Source of the DNA: Longimicrobiales bacterium
GTDB lineage: Bacteria; Gemmatimonadota; Gemmatimonadetes; Longimicrobiales; Gaopeijiaceae
DNA length: 64,000 nt
Direction: 5' to 3'
Assembly (NCBI GenBank): GCA_965219445.1
Contig: CBDCNQ010000005.1
Location: 640,001 to 704,000, forward strand
Part shown: piece after piece, positions 1 to 8,778 of the stretch
Position numbering within the stretch: the first letter of the stretch is position 1
How the letters are laid out: each line of letters starts with the position of its first letter
Position numbers and translations under genes: made by a program
Notes under the pieces: generated by a model
What the model saw: the letters and a program-made list of their open reading frames with translations, nothing else
Told to the model about the DNA's origin: nothing
The model's database searches: none

Positions 1-344
1 GTGCTGAGTGCGCGGGTGATTTCCAATCGCCCGCGACGCTTCACGGTCTCCTTGTCCGGCAACATGAAGCCCAGCAGGTCGTCGTCCAGGTACGACTTCC
101 AATCCTCAAACTTCGGGTCCCTCCACTCGCTGCCGTCGGAGGCGATGCGCCGGTTTACGGTCTTGCCTGCTTCGGTGAACGCTTCGCGAATCGCATAGCG
201 AATCGCCTCCGCGCTCACGGTCGTGAAAAGGCCATCGTCCTTGATGACCTTTTGCAACGTGGTCACGTTGCCGGCGTTCTCGCCCCGATTGTTGGACGCG
301 ATCCCGTGTGGTGTCAGGACGGTACCAAAAAGATGGTGGGCCAT
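1..344 (-). CDS. cas7: CRISPR Cas7/DevR (type I-B MYXAN), 5' part; runs off the window
   Basis: Not in ORF track. Manual translation from ATG at 344 gives MAHHLFGTVLTPHGIASNNRGENAGNVTTLQKV...TTVSAEAIRYAIRE...DDDLLGFM...KRRGRLEITRALS, with the DevR-type NRGE-GN-TTLQK motif. GGAG RBS upstream; follows cas8. Confidence 0.9.
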   Translation of the reverse strand, partial: MAHHLFGTVLTPHGIASNNRGENAGNVTTLQKVIKDDGLFTTVSAEAIRYAIREAFTEAGKTVNRRIASDGSEWRDPKFEDWKSYLDDDLLGFMLPDKETVKRRGRLEITRALS

Positions 345-390
345 GGTGGATCTCCGCTCCTGGTTTCAGTTCTCGCTGGTTGCAGTTGCT

Positions 391-1959
391 CTACTCGACG
401 TGCCCCGCCTCTTCGCCCTCTTCCTTCTCCGCCTTACCCTGGTAGGTCACTAAGGAGAACAGTGCGAGATCCCGAGCTCGACGCCATGTGGCAGGTGAGT
501 CGATGAATGCCCAAATAGCCTGAGCGTTTTCCCGGAGCGTTTGGCTGCCTCCGGCGTCGGCAAAAAATCCCGCGAGCGCCGTCCGCAGGGTAGAGCGGGT
601 ATTGGATCTCGAGAGCAATCGCCGGGAGGATTCGCGAAAGTCTTCCCATCGGTCCTGCACCGATCTTGCACCGCGCTTGGCGTATTCCGCTTCCTGTCCG
701 AACCGGCGCGCCATCGCCTCATGCATGGCATAACGGAAAAGTCGATCTAGCTCTCGATTCGCGTCCATTGGCAACTCCTCCGCGATAGCGGTCAGGGCTC
801 TTCGTTTGTAACCGACAAGTCGGAACCAGGCTCGTTCCTCCGACTCGTTCTTTTGGCTCAATTTCTTCACTTCCTCGCGATCTTCTTTCGGGATATCGAA
901 TAGAGAATGGTACCAGTAGCGGCCATGCGCGAGGTTGGCCGAGATCCTGCCTCGCGGGGTCGGCACTGAGATGAAGTTACCTTCTCCGTCTTTTCGGGCC
1001 CGGTAACGGTTTGGCAGGTGTCGAAGGACCGTCTCGAACTCGTCTAGTTGTTCCATTCCAGGATGCAGCCGGCAGAAGCTTGAGCGGACCCTCTGCTGCC
1101 TATTCCATGCGACACGGCCAACCCTCAGAACCTCGAGTCCCCTGAGCACGAGATGCCGCTTCGCACTTTGGGTTCGATAGGCAACCGCGACTCCAAGTCC
1201 GGCGTCCTCAAGGCTCCGAACCTCCGCTTCCTTCCAGCCGATGCGCACAAGCGGACGCACCGATGCGAACGCTGCCAGGTCAGAGACGTCAGGAACCACA
1301 ATCACCCAAGAGAACTTCTGTGCTCTGAAGAAGAAGCACCCAATCGGAGCGAAGAAGAGAGGAATGGCCTGGATGGCCGAGCCGGTCCAAGACTTCTCAC
1401 CGCCGTGTCGTGCGGTCCCACCCGGCATGATGAACTGAGCGAACTCGACCCGCGATTTCGTCTCGCCATTCTGGTCGAAGAGTTCATTCCGGAAGGCGGA
1501 GACATATTTCAGTTTCGTCTTAGGCTCCCGGAATCGGACTTCGATGGACCTTTCGTCCTCGAACTCGACTCGCTTCCGTGTCCACGTCGTCTTCGACTGA
1601 GATTTCCCGTGCTGGAGAAACGTTGAGAGGATGCCATTGTTCTCTAGCAATCGGTCCGGGTAGGCATCTCTGGCGGAACCCCGGTGAACAGCGGGGAGGT
1701 AAAGCACCCCGAGCCCTTCCTGGCTAGTCGGCTGCCGAGTCTGCCAGGCGAACTCAATAAGCTTCACGAGCGCATCGCGAGGGGGCACGTCATCGGGCCA
1801 ACGAAGCACCACGACGTCGCTAGCGAAGGATGCCTCCAGCGGGGTCAAATCGACCTCCAGCCTACTCGCGGCATAGATCGAAGCAGCCATCGCTCCGATC
1901 CCGCATCGGTCGAATGCGGTGAGGCCAGGCTCTCCAACAGACCAGGTCAGTTCTGCCAT
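391..1959 (-). CDS. cas8: Cas8a1/Cmx-type large subunit (type I-B MYXAN)
   Basis: 522 aa from MAELTW; lies between cas3 and cas7; motifs TFLQHGK, VIVVPDV.DL..FA, G.VAWN.QQ.VR and C-terminal RARDLALFSL.TY. Confidence 0.8.
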   Translation of the reverse strand: MAELTWSVGEPGLTAFDRCGIGAMAASIYAASRLEVDLTPLEASFASDVVVLRWPDDVPPRDALVKLIEFAWQTRQPTSQEGLGVLYLPAVHRGSARDAYPDRLLENNGILSTFLQHGKSQSKTTWTRKRVEFEDERSIEVRFREPKTKLKYVSAFRNELFDQNGETKSRVEFAQFIMPGGTARHGGEKSWTGSAIQAIPLFFAPIGCFFFRAQKFSWVIVVPDVSDLAAFASVRPLVRIGWKEAEVRSLEDAGLGVAVAYRTQSAKRHLVLRGLEVLRVGRVAWNRQQRVRSSFCRLHPGMEQLDEFETVLRHLPNRYRARKDGEGNFISVPTPRGRISANLAHGRYWYHSLFDIPKEDREEVKKLSQKNESEERAWFRLVGYKRRALTAIAEELPMDANRELDRLFRYAMHEAMARRFGQEAEYAKRGARSVQDRWEDFRESSRRLLSRSNTRSTLRTALAGFFADAGGSQTLRENAQAIWAFIDSPATWRRARDLALFSLVTYQGKAEKEEGEEAGHVE

Positions 1960-4181
1960 CGTGCCCCCTTCATCGGGTCGTAGTGGATGCTCCCCTCCGG
2001 CGCCACAGCCATACCACGAAGACGGGGCCAGCGCCTGATGTCGTGGCTCTTGGGCACAAGCATCGGGATGGTGAGTCGGATCAGTTCGGCCCGCGTGACG
2101 CCGTTCCACGAGCTTGGAAGGTCCTCTTCTCGAACCACGGGGAACGAAACCGAGCCATCGCGCAGCATTCCAGGCTCGGTACCGGCAAGGTCATCCGGGC
2201 TGAGCAAGGGCATAAGGCGCTCCGCGTAGGAACCGTCCTGCATCCCGGCAAGCACATCCGCGAGGTTGCGCTGAGACAACTCCTGGTCATCCAGAGGCTC
2301 GAGCTCCTCCGCTGCCCGCAACAAGGCCTCCTTGTCGTACGGCTGCGGGTCCGGCGGCTCGACGATCAGCGCGGGGCAAGCTTTGTCCGGCTCTCGACAA
2401 CGACGGTTCAGGCGACCCAGCCGCTGCACGAGTGACGGGAATGGGGCCAACTCTGAGATCAAGAGGGTGGCGCTGATGTCGAGCGACATCTCGCACACCT
2501 GCGTGGCAGCCACGAATGCCGGGCCGGGGCTCCTAAAGAGCTCCAGCACTTCATCTTGGATGCGCACTCGGTCTTCGTACTTGAAACGACTGTGGTAGAG
2601 CCGGGCCCGCGGACCCCACTCTGGACCCAGACGGTCGAACGCCGCGGTCGCACGCGCGACCGTATTCGCGACATACAAGACTCTGCCCCCGCTCTTGCGG
2701 GCCTGTTCCATACGCCCGGGAACCTCTTCCGAGCGTACCCGAGCGACCCGGTAGCGCACCGCATTCTCCATGGCGGGTTCTCCCCGGATTGGCTCCAGCG
2801 CCTTGCCACACGCTTGTTCGATGGCAGCCCTGCGTGCATCGGAAAGGCTCGCGGTCATCACGAGGCAGGACGCTTGGGTGCAGCGAAGAAACGCGAGGAA
2901 CGCGCCGAAGAGGTGCTCGTCGTAGCTGTGCACCTCATCGAACACGAATGCTGACTGCGCGAAGACAGGGATGGCGGCAAGAGCGGGTCGCCAGCACGCG
3001 AGAAGTGAGAGCACCGAATCCACCGTACACGCCACGACCTTCTTTCCCCAGAGGTCCAACACATCGGCGACCCAAAGCGAATCCCGTTCATCATCCGCCG
3101 CACCGTTATCGAGGATCTGTTCGATGTCCGCCGATGCGCGGCTGTGCATGAGCGCACGCTCAAGGTCAGTCTGGGCGAGGAGGTAGTCTTGAAACCCGGC
3201 TGACGTCGTGCCAGTCGTGGGATAGCAGAACACGAGTCTCTGCCCGGCTGCGTGCCGCCGCCCCCACATGTAGGCGGCAAGAGTCTTTCCGTTGCCACAC
3301 CCGGCCTCGACGAGCGTCACCCGCTCGTCGGACGCCGCCACGATCTCCTGAAACGGGTAGGGTGAATGGTCTCCCAAGCGTGCATCCACGATCTGGTTGA
3401 GTTCACTAACAGTCAGTCCCTCGGAAAGCACGTGTTTGGCCCACCCGGCGGCACTGTCTCTCCCTCTGATCCGAGCCGAGCCGACCGTGTCCGCCGCGAT
3501 CAGAACCGCCTTGCAACAGGCAGCAAGCGGCACAAGCCGGCTCGGCACATCTTGCGGTTCCGCGCGCACAGCACCCTGCACGAACATGATGTATTCGAAG
3601 AGCAGATCCTCCCACACGGCTCTGGGGAGGTTGAGTCTGTCAGGCTCGGGAGTTGTCTCGGCCCCCGTGCAACTCGCGAGTTGCTGCCACAGGCGAGAGA
3701 GAGAGGGATGGTCGAGATACACGACCTCGTCACGCGGAGTCCGCGCCTCGGGTGCTGAAGGTGATGCGCGAACGTGATGACCCATCACAGCGGTGAGCAC
3801 AGCCGCCCTGGCACGAGTGTCGCGAAGCATGTGCCCGATCCAAGACCCTAGACCGTTAGGCTCCATGCACACGGCGACGGAAAGCGCCTCGTGCCTGAAC
3901 GGATGAATCTCGCGCACATCCTCCTGCATCTGGCGCTGGAATGATCCTCCGGCCTTCCCTACATCGTGTATCAGCGCGGCAATGCGGAGCAGCGATCCGA
4001 GTCGGGCCTCGTCCGTGTCGTCCAGCCCGAAGAACACCGCAAGCTGGGAACCGGTCGCGTCGACGATCGCTTCCGCGGAATCCGCCACTTCGACGCAGTG
4101 GTCGGTGATTGTGACAGTCTCTCCCGACACCGTGGGACGCGACTTGGCAAGGAGCACCGCGAAAGGATGGATCTCAGGCAT
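1947..4181 (-). CDS. cas3: Cas3 HD nuclease-helicase
   Basis: LLAKS start, HDVGK HD motif, GCGNGKT Walker A, DEVH, TAS, YHSRF, QRLGRLNR. The ATG at 4181 overlaps the cas6 stop. Confidence 0.95.
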   Translation of the reverse strand: MPEIHPFAVLLAKSRPTVSGETVTITDHCVEVADSAEAIVDATGSQLAVFFGLDDTDEARLGSLLRIAALIHDVGKAGGSFQRQMQEDVREIHPFRHEALSVAVCMEPNGLGSWIGHMLRDTRARAAVLTAVMGHHVRASPSAPEARTPRDEVVYLDHPSLSRLWQQLASCTGAETTPEPDRLNLPRAVWEDLLFEYIMFVQGAVRAEPQDVPSRLVPLAACCKAVLIAADTVGSARIRGRDSAAGWAKHVLSEGLTVSELNQIVDARLGDHSPYPFQEIVAASDERVTLVEAGCGNGKTLAAYMWGRRHAAGQRLVFCYPTTGTTSAGFQDYLLAQTDLERALMHSRASADIEQILDNGAADDERDSLWVADVLDLWGKKVVACTVDSVLSLLACWRPALAAIPVFAQSAFVFDEVHSYDEHLFGAFLAFLRCTQASCLVMTASLSDARRAAIEQACGKALEPIRGEPAMENAVRYRVARVRSEEVPGRMEQARKSGGRVLYVANTVARATAAFDRLGPEWGPRARLYHSRFKYEDRVRIQDEVLELFRSPGPAFVAATQVCEMSLDISATLLISELAPFPSLVQRLGRLNRRCREPDKACPALIVEPPDPQPYDKEALLRAAEELEPLDDQELSQRNLADVLAGMQDGSYAERLMPLLSPDDLAGTEPGMLRDGSVSFPVVREEDLPSSWNGVTRAELIRLTIPMLVPKSHDIRRWPRLRGMAVAPEGSIHYDPMKGARWQN

Positions 4182-4785
4182 GCTTCGGACGAATCGGCAC
4201 GAAGACCCCTGCGCCCATCTTCCGCTTCCCACCAAGCCCGCATTCTTGGATGAGCACCGAATCCGCTTCGCTCAGACCCGACAGTCGCACCGAATAGCCA
4301 ACGACCGTGTAACCCTTCACATCCATTACGCGACGCTTCTTCACCCTTACTCGAGAGTCCTGCACACTCAGGACTTCGAGTTGACGCTTGCACGCCTCCG
4401 CAAATTGGTCCGACGCATCCTCAAACCCCTTGATCGTGACTAAACGCGAGAACAGGTGCGAGGCTGGCCGAAGGGGACGAATCTCGGGCACTCCCACTTG
4501 GTAGGCCCGTCCGCCAATGTCCAGTTGTTTCCCCGCCAGTGGGATGGCCAGTGCGATTTCGTCGGTCGGCAACCGCATCACTAGGCGGCTGCCATCGGAA
4601 AGGGCGAGCGCGCCGTTCCCCAAGGGTGTGCCGCGAACCGGATGGACACCCCAGTCAGAAGCCTCGTGGAGGGCCGCAAGGCGCCTTGAGATCGCGGCAA
4701 AAAGGAGGTAGCCGTGATCTACGGGTAGCTCGGTTCCCCTGAGCCGGAACGCTAGGTCAACGAATTGCGGCACGTGATTCACCAA
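4174..4785 (-). CDS. cas6: Cas6 (MYXAN-type) endoribonuclease
   Basis: VDLAF.LRG..LPVDHGY.L N-terminus and C-terminal G-loop GLGGKRKMGAGVF. Confidence 0.93.
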   Translation of the reverse strand: MVNHVPQFVDLAFRLRGTELPVDHGYLLFAAISRRLAALHEASDWGVHPVRGTPLGNGALALSDGSRLVMRLPTDEIALAIPLAGKQLDIGGRAYQVGVPEIRPLRPASHLFSRLVTIKGFEDASDQFAEACKRQLEVLSVQDSRVRVKKRRVMDVKGYTVVGYSVRLSGLSEADSVLIQECGLGGKRKMGAGVFVPIRPKHA

Positions 4786-4893
4786 AGCGCGCGCTCTTTT
4801 TGATGAGGCGGTGGCCGGGAGGGTGGCCCACCGCTCTTGAACTCTTCCGGCAGCGCCACGTTCGCTATGATGACGACGGGACGGGGCGACTGA

Positions 4894-5184
4894 TCACACA
4901 GCAGCCGATATCCGCTCCACGTGGATCCGTCCAGCCTTCTTCATTGCCTGCGCTAGATCGTAGGCCGATTGAAGGCGATACCAAGTCTCGGCACCACCCC
5001 CAAACGCCTTGTCCAGGCGGATTGCCATTTCGGGAGATATGCCCGAACGGCAGTTGACAAGTTCCGAAAGCTGCTTGCGGCTGACCCCGAGCTTCTGCGC
5101 TGCCTCTGTCACACTGAGACCCAACGGCTCCAGACAATCATAGCGCACTGAAAGACCCGGATGAGGTGGATTCTTCATCGGCAC
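4894..5184 (-). CDS. higA: HigA family antitoxin (HTH)
   Basis: [10 protein letters not shown]...LS.L.N...[13 protein letters not shown]...W.RLQ..YDL. Confidence 0.93.
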   Translation of the reverse strand: MPMKNPPHPGLSVRYDCLEPLGLSVTEAAQKLGVSRKQLSELVNCRSGISPEMAIRLDKAFGGGAETWYRLQSAYDLAQAMKKAGRIHVERISAAV

Positions 5185-5196
5185 GTCCCGATCCTC

Positions 5197-5475
5197 CTAA
5201 TGATAGTCAGTCAAGTCCACATTCCTAACGTCCCGCCCGTCGAAGCGGAAGACCACACGCCAGTTGGCGGATACCGTCACCGCCCAGTAGCCCGCGCGTT
5301 CACCTTTCAGTGAGTGGAGCCCAAAACCCGGCAAGTTCATGTCCTCAGGCTTGCCCGCCGCGTCCAAGCGGGCAAGGACACGCTCGACCTTGGTGACCAG
5401 TGTAGGCGCAATCCGCCTCCGGTCTCCCTTCTCGAACAAACGCTCGAGGCCTCTGTGGCGAAAGCCAAGTATCAT
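5197..5475 (-). CDS. higB: HigB/RelE-like toxin
   Basis: FRHRGL..LF, LH.LKG.R.G.WAVTVSANWRVVFRF, DYH terminus; toxin-first order. Confidence 0.92.
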   Translation of the reverse strand: MILGFRHRGLERLFEKGDRRRIAPTLVTKVERVLARLDAAGKPEDMNLPGFGLHSLKGERAGYWAVTVSANWRVVFRFDGRDVRNVDLTDYH

Positions 5476-5484
5476 GCATCAAAC

Positions 5485-5510
5485 TGTAACCTACAACCTC
5501 TCAGGTGACA
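5485..5510. promoter_or_regulatory. Probable higBA operator (inverted repeat)
   Basis: TGTAACCT-N10-AGGTGACA (7/8 inverted repeat) 9 bp upstream of the higB ATG. Confidence 0.55.
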
Positions 5511-5808
5511 ATACAACTCATGGTAGTTCCCGGACTCACCATTCCGGCCACTCCTTAGTGATCACAGTTACGGGCCGGAGCGACGCGGTCGCTGCTGCTG
5601 CCGATCACGACCGAGGCCACCCGCTGGTTCAAGCGGTCCTCCAGGAGCGGCTCAAGAACCCATTGGCGGAGGCTGGTCCGGCTCTAGTACGTGGCTGGAC
5701 CTCTTGGAATATCGCCTCGTTTCACGCGGTTGACACCGCCCGAATGGGGCTCCTCAATGTAGTGGTATGCAGATTTTGACGGCCCAGGGCTGCAGGCGTC
5801 GGTGGATG

Positions 5809-5872
5809 AGTTTGTTCGGCGCACGGGAGGCACGGGAGCCAGTTTGTTCGGCGCACGTAAGGCACGTAAGCC
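5809..5872. repeat. 32-bp tandem repeat (2 copies)
   Basis: AGTTTGTTCGGCGCACGGGAGGCACGGGAGCC / AGTTTGTTCGGCGCACGTAAGGCACGTAAGCC. Confidence 0.9.
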
Positions 5873-5935
5873 AGCCCACGCAGTGTTTAACACTGCGGTC
5901 TGGCAAGGGGATGCTCCGCCCCCCTTACACCCCCC
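5867..5935 (-). other. ColE1-like origin of transfer (oriT/bom) candidate 1
   Basis: Minus strand GGGGTGTAAGGGGGGCGGAGC...GCCAGAC, a 9-bp inverted repeat CGCAGTGTT/AACACTGCG, then CTGGCTTA (the ColE1-family nic octamer). Confidence 0.6.
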
Positions 5936-6028
5936 AGCTTGCCGCGCCGCTGCCGCAGCAGCGGGCGGGCGGGGTGCGCCGCCCACCGAACCCCGCCGCC
6001 GGTGCGCCCGGCCCCGTGCTTGCGCTCC

Positions 6029-6802
6029 TTACGCGCGAAGTAGGTTTTGCGCCGTTCGGTCGCGCGGCGCGACGATGTAGCCATTTGCGTCTCCAATCAA
6101 CTCCCAGCCGAAGGGGTCATGCCACGCTAGCCACGCGGCAAGGGCGCATGTAAGCCCGTCGAGCGTGTCGTCGAGGCGTTTCAGGGCGGTGCCTCTCGCC
6201 ATCGCGGCGGTTTCTGGTGATAGGGCGTGCTCGACCTGGGGATTCTCTAGGACGCGGGGCGTCTCGCTTGCGATGAGTGTCCTCAAGTACTCCTGATACT
6301 GCCGCATGGCGTCCCGACGAAAACCGACGCTACGCCCAGTCTTGGGCTTGTAGGGAATCCGCTCGGCGATCTCGAAGAGGCGCACATGAATCGTGTGGGG
6401 ATAGACCTCGACCACGACGCGACCGTCGTGCTTTCCGCGGAGTAGTGCTTGCGGGTTACGGGTAAAGCCGCGCACCGCGAGCGCCTCACCGAGGCAGATG
6501 CCGGCCGTTCGTCCTTGCCTCACAGCGTAGTGCGCTTGATGAGGGGACGCCTTGTATCGTCCGAAGCGGCGCGCAATCTCTCTCTCTACCCACCGTTCGG
6601 CCGTATAGAGGACGGGCGCGTCGATCGCCACGATGGCCGATCCTTCAACCGCAGCTACCTCATCCGCGAGGCTCTCGACGCTGCGCACGTCGGCTCCGAT
6701 GCGCGTACAGATCAGGTCAGTTGGTGTTTCTCCCTCGAACCAACAGATGCCGGTTTCTTTGTGGCTCGTCCAGGCTAGGTCGAGGCCGATAAAGTTCGCC
6801 AT
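6029..6802 (-). CDS. DUF429 family predicted RNase H-like nuclease
   Basis: MANFIGLDLAW, VAIDAP, R.VE, EVYPH, YK, DDTLDGLTCA motifs. Confidence 0.8.
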   Translation of the reverse strand: MANFIGLDLAWTSHKETGICWFEGETPTDLICTRIGADVRSVESLADEVAAVEGSAIVAIDAPVLYTAERWVEREIARRFGRYKASPHQAHYAVRQGRTAGICLGEALAVRGFTRNPQALLRGKHDGRVVVEVYPHTIHVRLFEIAERIPYKPKTGRSVGFRRDAMRQYQEYLRTLIASETPRVLENPQVEHALSPETAAMARGTALKRLDDTLDGLTCALAAWLAWHDPFGWELIGDANGYIVAPRDRTAQNLLRA

Positions 6803-7029
6803 TCGCAACCTTCTCCAATACGTTCGTGTGGCATCACCGCATAGCCGCTCATGTTGCCGCCGCTCTCCGACTCGCCGCCACAGCGCCAACCCCAGGTCGC
6901 CAGCACGTAGGAGTGGTCCCGGACTGCGGCGATCCACCACGCGGCTCGCCCGCGGGTCGCTGCAACCTATGGCTTGCGACCTCCTGCCGGCGAGGTACGC
7001 CGCCCAGGCCGCCGGGACCGCGTGCGGGC

Positions 7030-7119
7030 AGCGCTCGGGTGCGGGCATTCGGCTTGAGCGGCACGCAAGGCATGACGGCGCTCTTCGGCCGCCAGGCGCT
7101 GAAACAGTGCTTCAGCCAT
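7030..7119 (-). pseudogene. N-terminal stub of an AbiEii-type nucleotidyltransferase toxin
   Basis: ATG overlaps the AbiEi stop. MAEALFQRLAAEERRHALRAA resembles AbiEii N-termini; similarity is then lost and the frame stops near 6968. Confidence 0.5.
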
Positions 7120-7696
7120 GCGCCAGACGCGTGGTCAGCGGCTCCGCCATCCACACCGGCATGACGCCCCGCGCGACCGCAAGCTCCTCGAGGTCTTCCT
7201 CCGAGAGCTTGGGCAGGATCGCGTCGAGGCTGTCTTCGACCTCTTCGGGGCCGAGCCATGCCAGGGCACGGATCACCACTCCCGCCATCCTGTGCGGAGC
7301 CGCCAACTGCCAGCGCGGAGCGTGGCGCAGCTCGACGGGATGCTTGCCGAAGCGCAATCGCCGACTGCGGCCGGAGGTGAGATAGACCGAGCGGACGGGA
7401 TTCTGCGTCGTCAAACCAAGCCAGTTGGCCGCGCCGCCTCCGTTCGAGACGATCGTCTCGCCCCAGAGCTCCGAGAGCGCCAGGAGTGACTTCTCGGTGC
7501 CCGGCGCACACCGCCCCAAGCGGGTCTCGATCGGGCGCATGTAGACCCCTTGGCGGATCCGCATGAGCCGGCCTGAACGGGCCAGGCGAGAGAGCGCCTG
7601 ACCCACCGCGGCCCTTTGGCCGAGGTGAAGCAGGGCCGCCGGGCAGATCGGCGTGGCCTCGGCGTGTTCCATGATGCGCTCGGGCAGGCTCTTCAT
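7112..7696 (-). CDS. AbiEi-type antitoxin / DUF6088 family
   Basis: MKSL.ERI...LLHLG.RAAV.QALSRL...G.L.RI..GVY; G..AAN.LGLTTQNP...VYLTSG.SR. Confidence 0.8.
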   Translation of the reverse strand: MKSLPERIMEHAEATPICPAALLHLGQRAAVGQALSRLARSGRLMRIRQGVYMRPIETRLGRCAPGTEKSLLALSELWGETIVSNGGGAANWLGLTTQNPVRSVYLTSGRSRRLRFGKHPVELRHAPRWQLAAPHRMAGVVIRALAWLGPEEVEDSLDAILPKLSEEDLEELAVARGVMPVWMAEPLTTRLAHG

Positions 7697-8041
7697 GGCT
7701 TTCTCTCTCCGCGTCACAAATCGAGCCACAAAGTCCTGTTCGGAGCGACGCTCTCGAAGCCCTTGATCCGTTGCCGCGGCAGGCACGGCACGCCGCTCGG
7801 CGACCGCCCCGCGCCCCGGCATGTGAAACCTGTCACTTCCGTGTGGGCGACGCCAAGTCGGCCGTGCCCGGGCCGACGTCCCGGTCGAGCCCTAAGACCC
7901 TTGACGGGAACCTCTGGCGAGCACTGCGGAGGGTGTGTCTGCCATGCCACTGGCGGAGCCATCCAACAGCTCGTGTACCGTACTGGCTATCTCTAGCCGT
8001 TACAGTCATTTAGGAGATTTCCTAAGAGTTGACTTCCTTGC

Positions 8042-8602
8042 ATGCGGGTCTTCACCGTTGTGGCCATGGAGGCGCGGAAGCAGCAGTTCAAGTCGGCGGT
8101 GAGCGATGCGATCGTTCACCTCCAGGGAAGCGAAGAGGCGCTCGCGCCATTCGGCTGGACGGGAGAAAAGGCCGGGTGGATCGCGTTCGTCTGCCTCCAC
8201 AGCGGCGCGTTCACCCGCGTCCAGTGCGCGCGATTCCTCGATGCACACCCGGAACAGGTGCGGCGCGTCGTCCACGCGCTGATCGCGCAGGGCCTGGCCG
8301 CCGAGGACACCGTGCCCGGCATCCGGGGGATCGGCCGCGTGTGCCGCATCTTCTCCCGGCGGATCTACCGGGCGCTCGGAGCCGAGCACATCCGCCACCG
8401 CCGCGACGCCTCGCCCGCCGTACTCATGCGGTGCCTGCTCTCGCTCGACTACGTGATCGAGCATCCCGGCTTGCCTTGGCTGGCCACCGAAGCCGAGAAG
8501 GTCGCCGCGTTCGAGGCCCTCGGCATCGAGCGCCGGCTCCTGCCCTCGCGGCTCTACCGGGGAGCGGCCGGGAACCTCCGGCGCTACTTCCCGCTCAAGT
8601 AG
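8042..8602 (+). CDS. Hypothetical mobile-element protein (wHTH-like N-terminus), probably C-terminally truncated
   Basis: Coding-like ORF (HSG.FTR.Q, LLSLDYV, EKV.AF..LG) that stops exactly where the AT-richer att-like block starts. Confidence 0.5.
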   Translation: MRVFTVVAMEARKQQFKSAVSDAIVHLQGSEEALAPFGWTGEKAGWIAFVCLHSGAFTRVQCARFLDAHPEQVRRVVHALIAQGLAAEDTVPGIRGIGRVCRIFSRRIYRALGAEHIRHRRDASPAVLMRCLLSLDYVIEHPGLPWLATEAEKVAAFEALGIERRLLPSRLYRGAAGNLRRYFPLK

Positions 8603-8610
8603 CGTAGTAT

Positions 8611-8778
8611 GATCGTCCATTTCATCCCATGCTGTCCCATAATGTACCATAACTCGGGTTATATCAACGCTATACAGCACGTATGGACCGTGTTCACAGA
8701 CTCCCTCTTGCGCCGATTCGTACCGTGTTGTACCATGGTGTATCCGTCGATATGTGATACACAAGTAGGACACCATAC
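8611..8778. promoter_or_regulatory. att-like region with 10-bp phased repeats upstream of the integrase
   Basis: GATCGTCCAT TTCATCCCAT GCTGTCCCAT AATGTACCAT (8611-8650); second cluster GTACCGT/GTACCAT near 8720-8745. Confidence 0.5.

Noticed and set aside
1..4785. CRISPR-associated transposon (type I-B CAST)
   Set aside because: An intact cas3 is present and no tnsABC/tniQ genes are visible.
4786..4893. Possible CRISPR repeat or mini-array upstream of cas6
   Set aside because: Only one GC hairpin; no second repeat or spacer pattern. No array was seen anywhere in the window.
5809..5872. Tandem repeat as CRISPR array
   Set aside because: The units are directly adjacent with no spacer.
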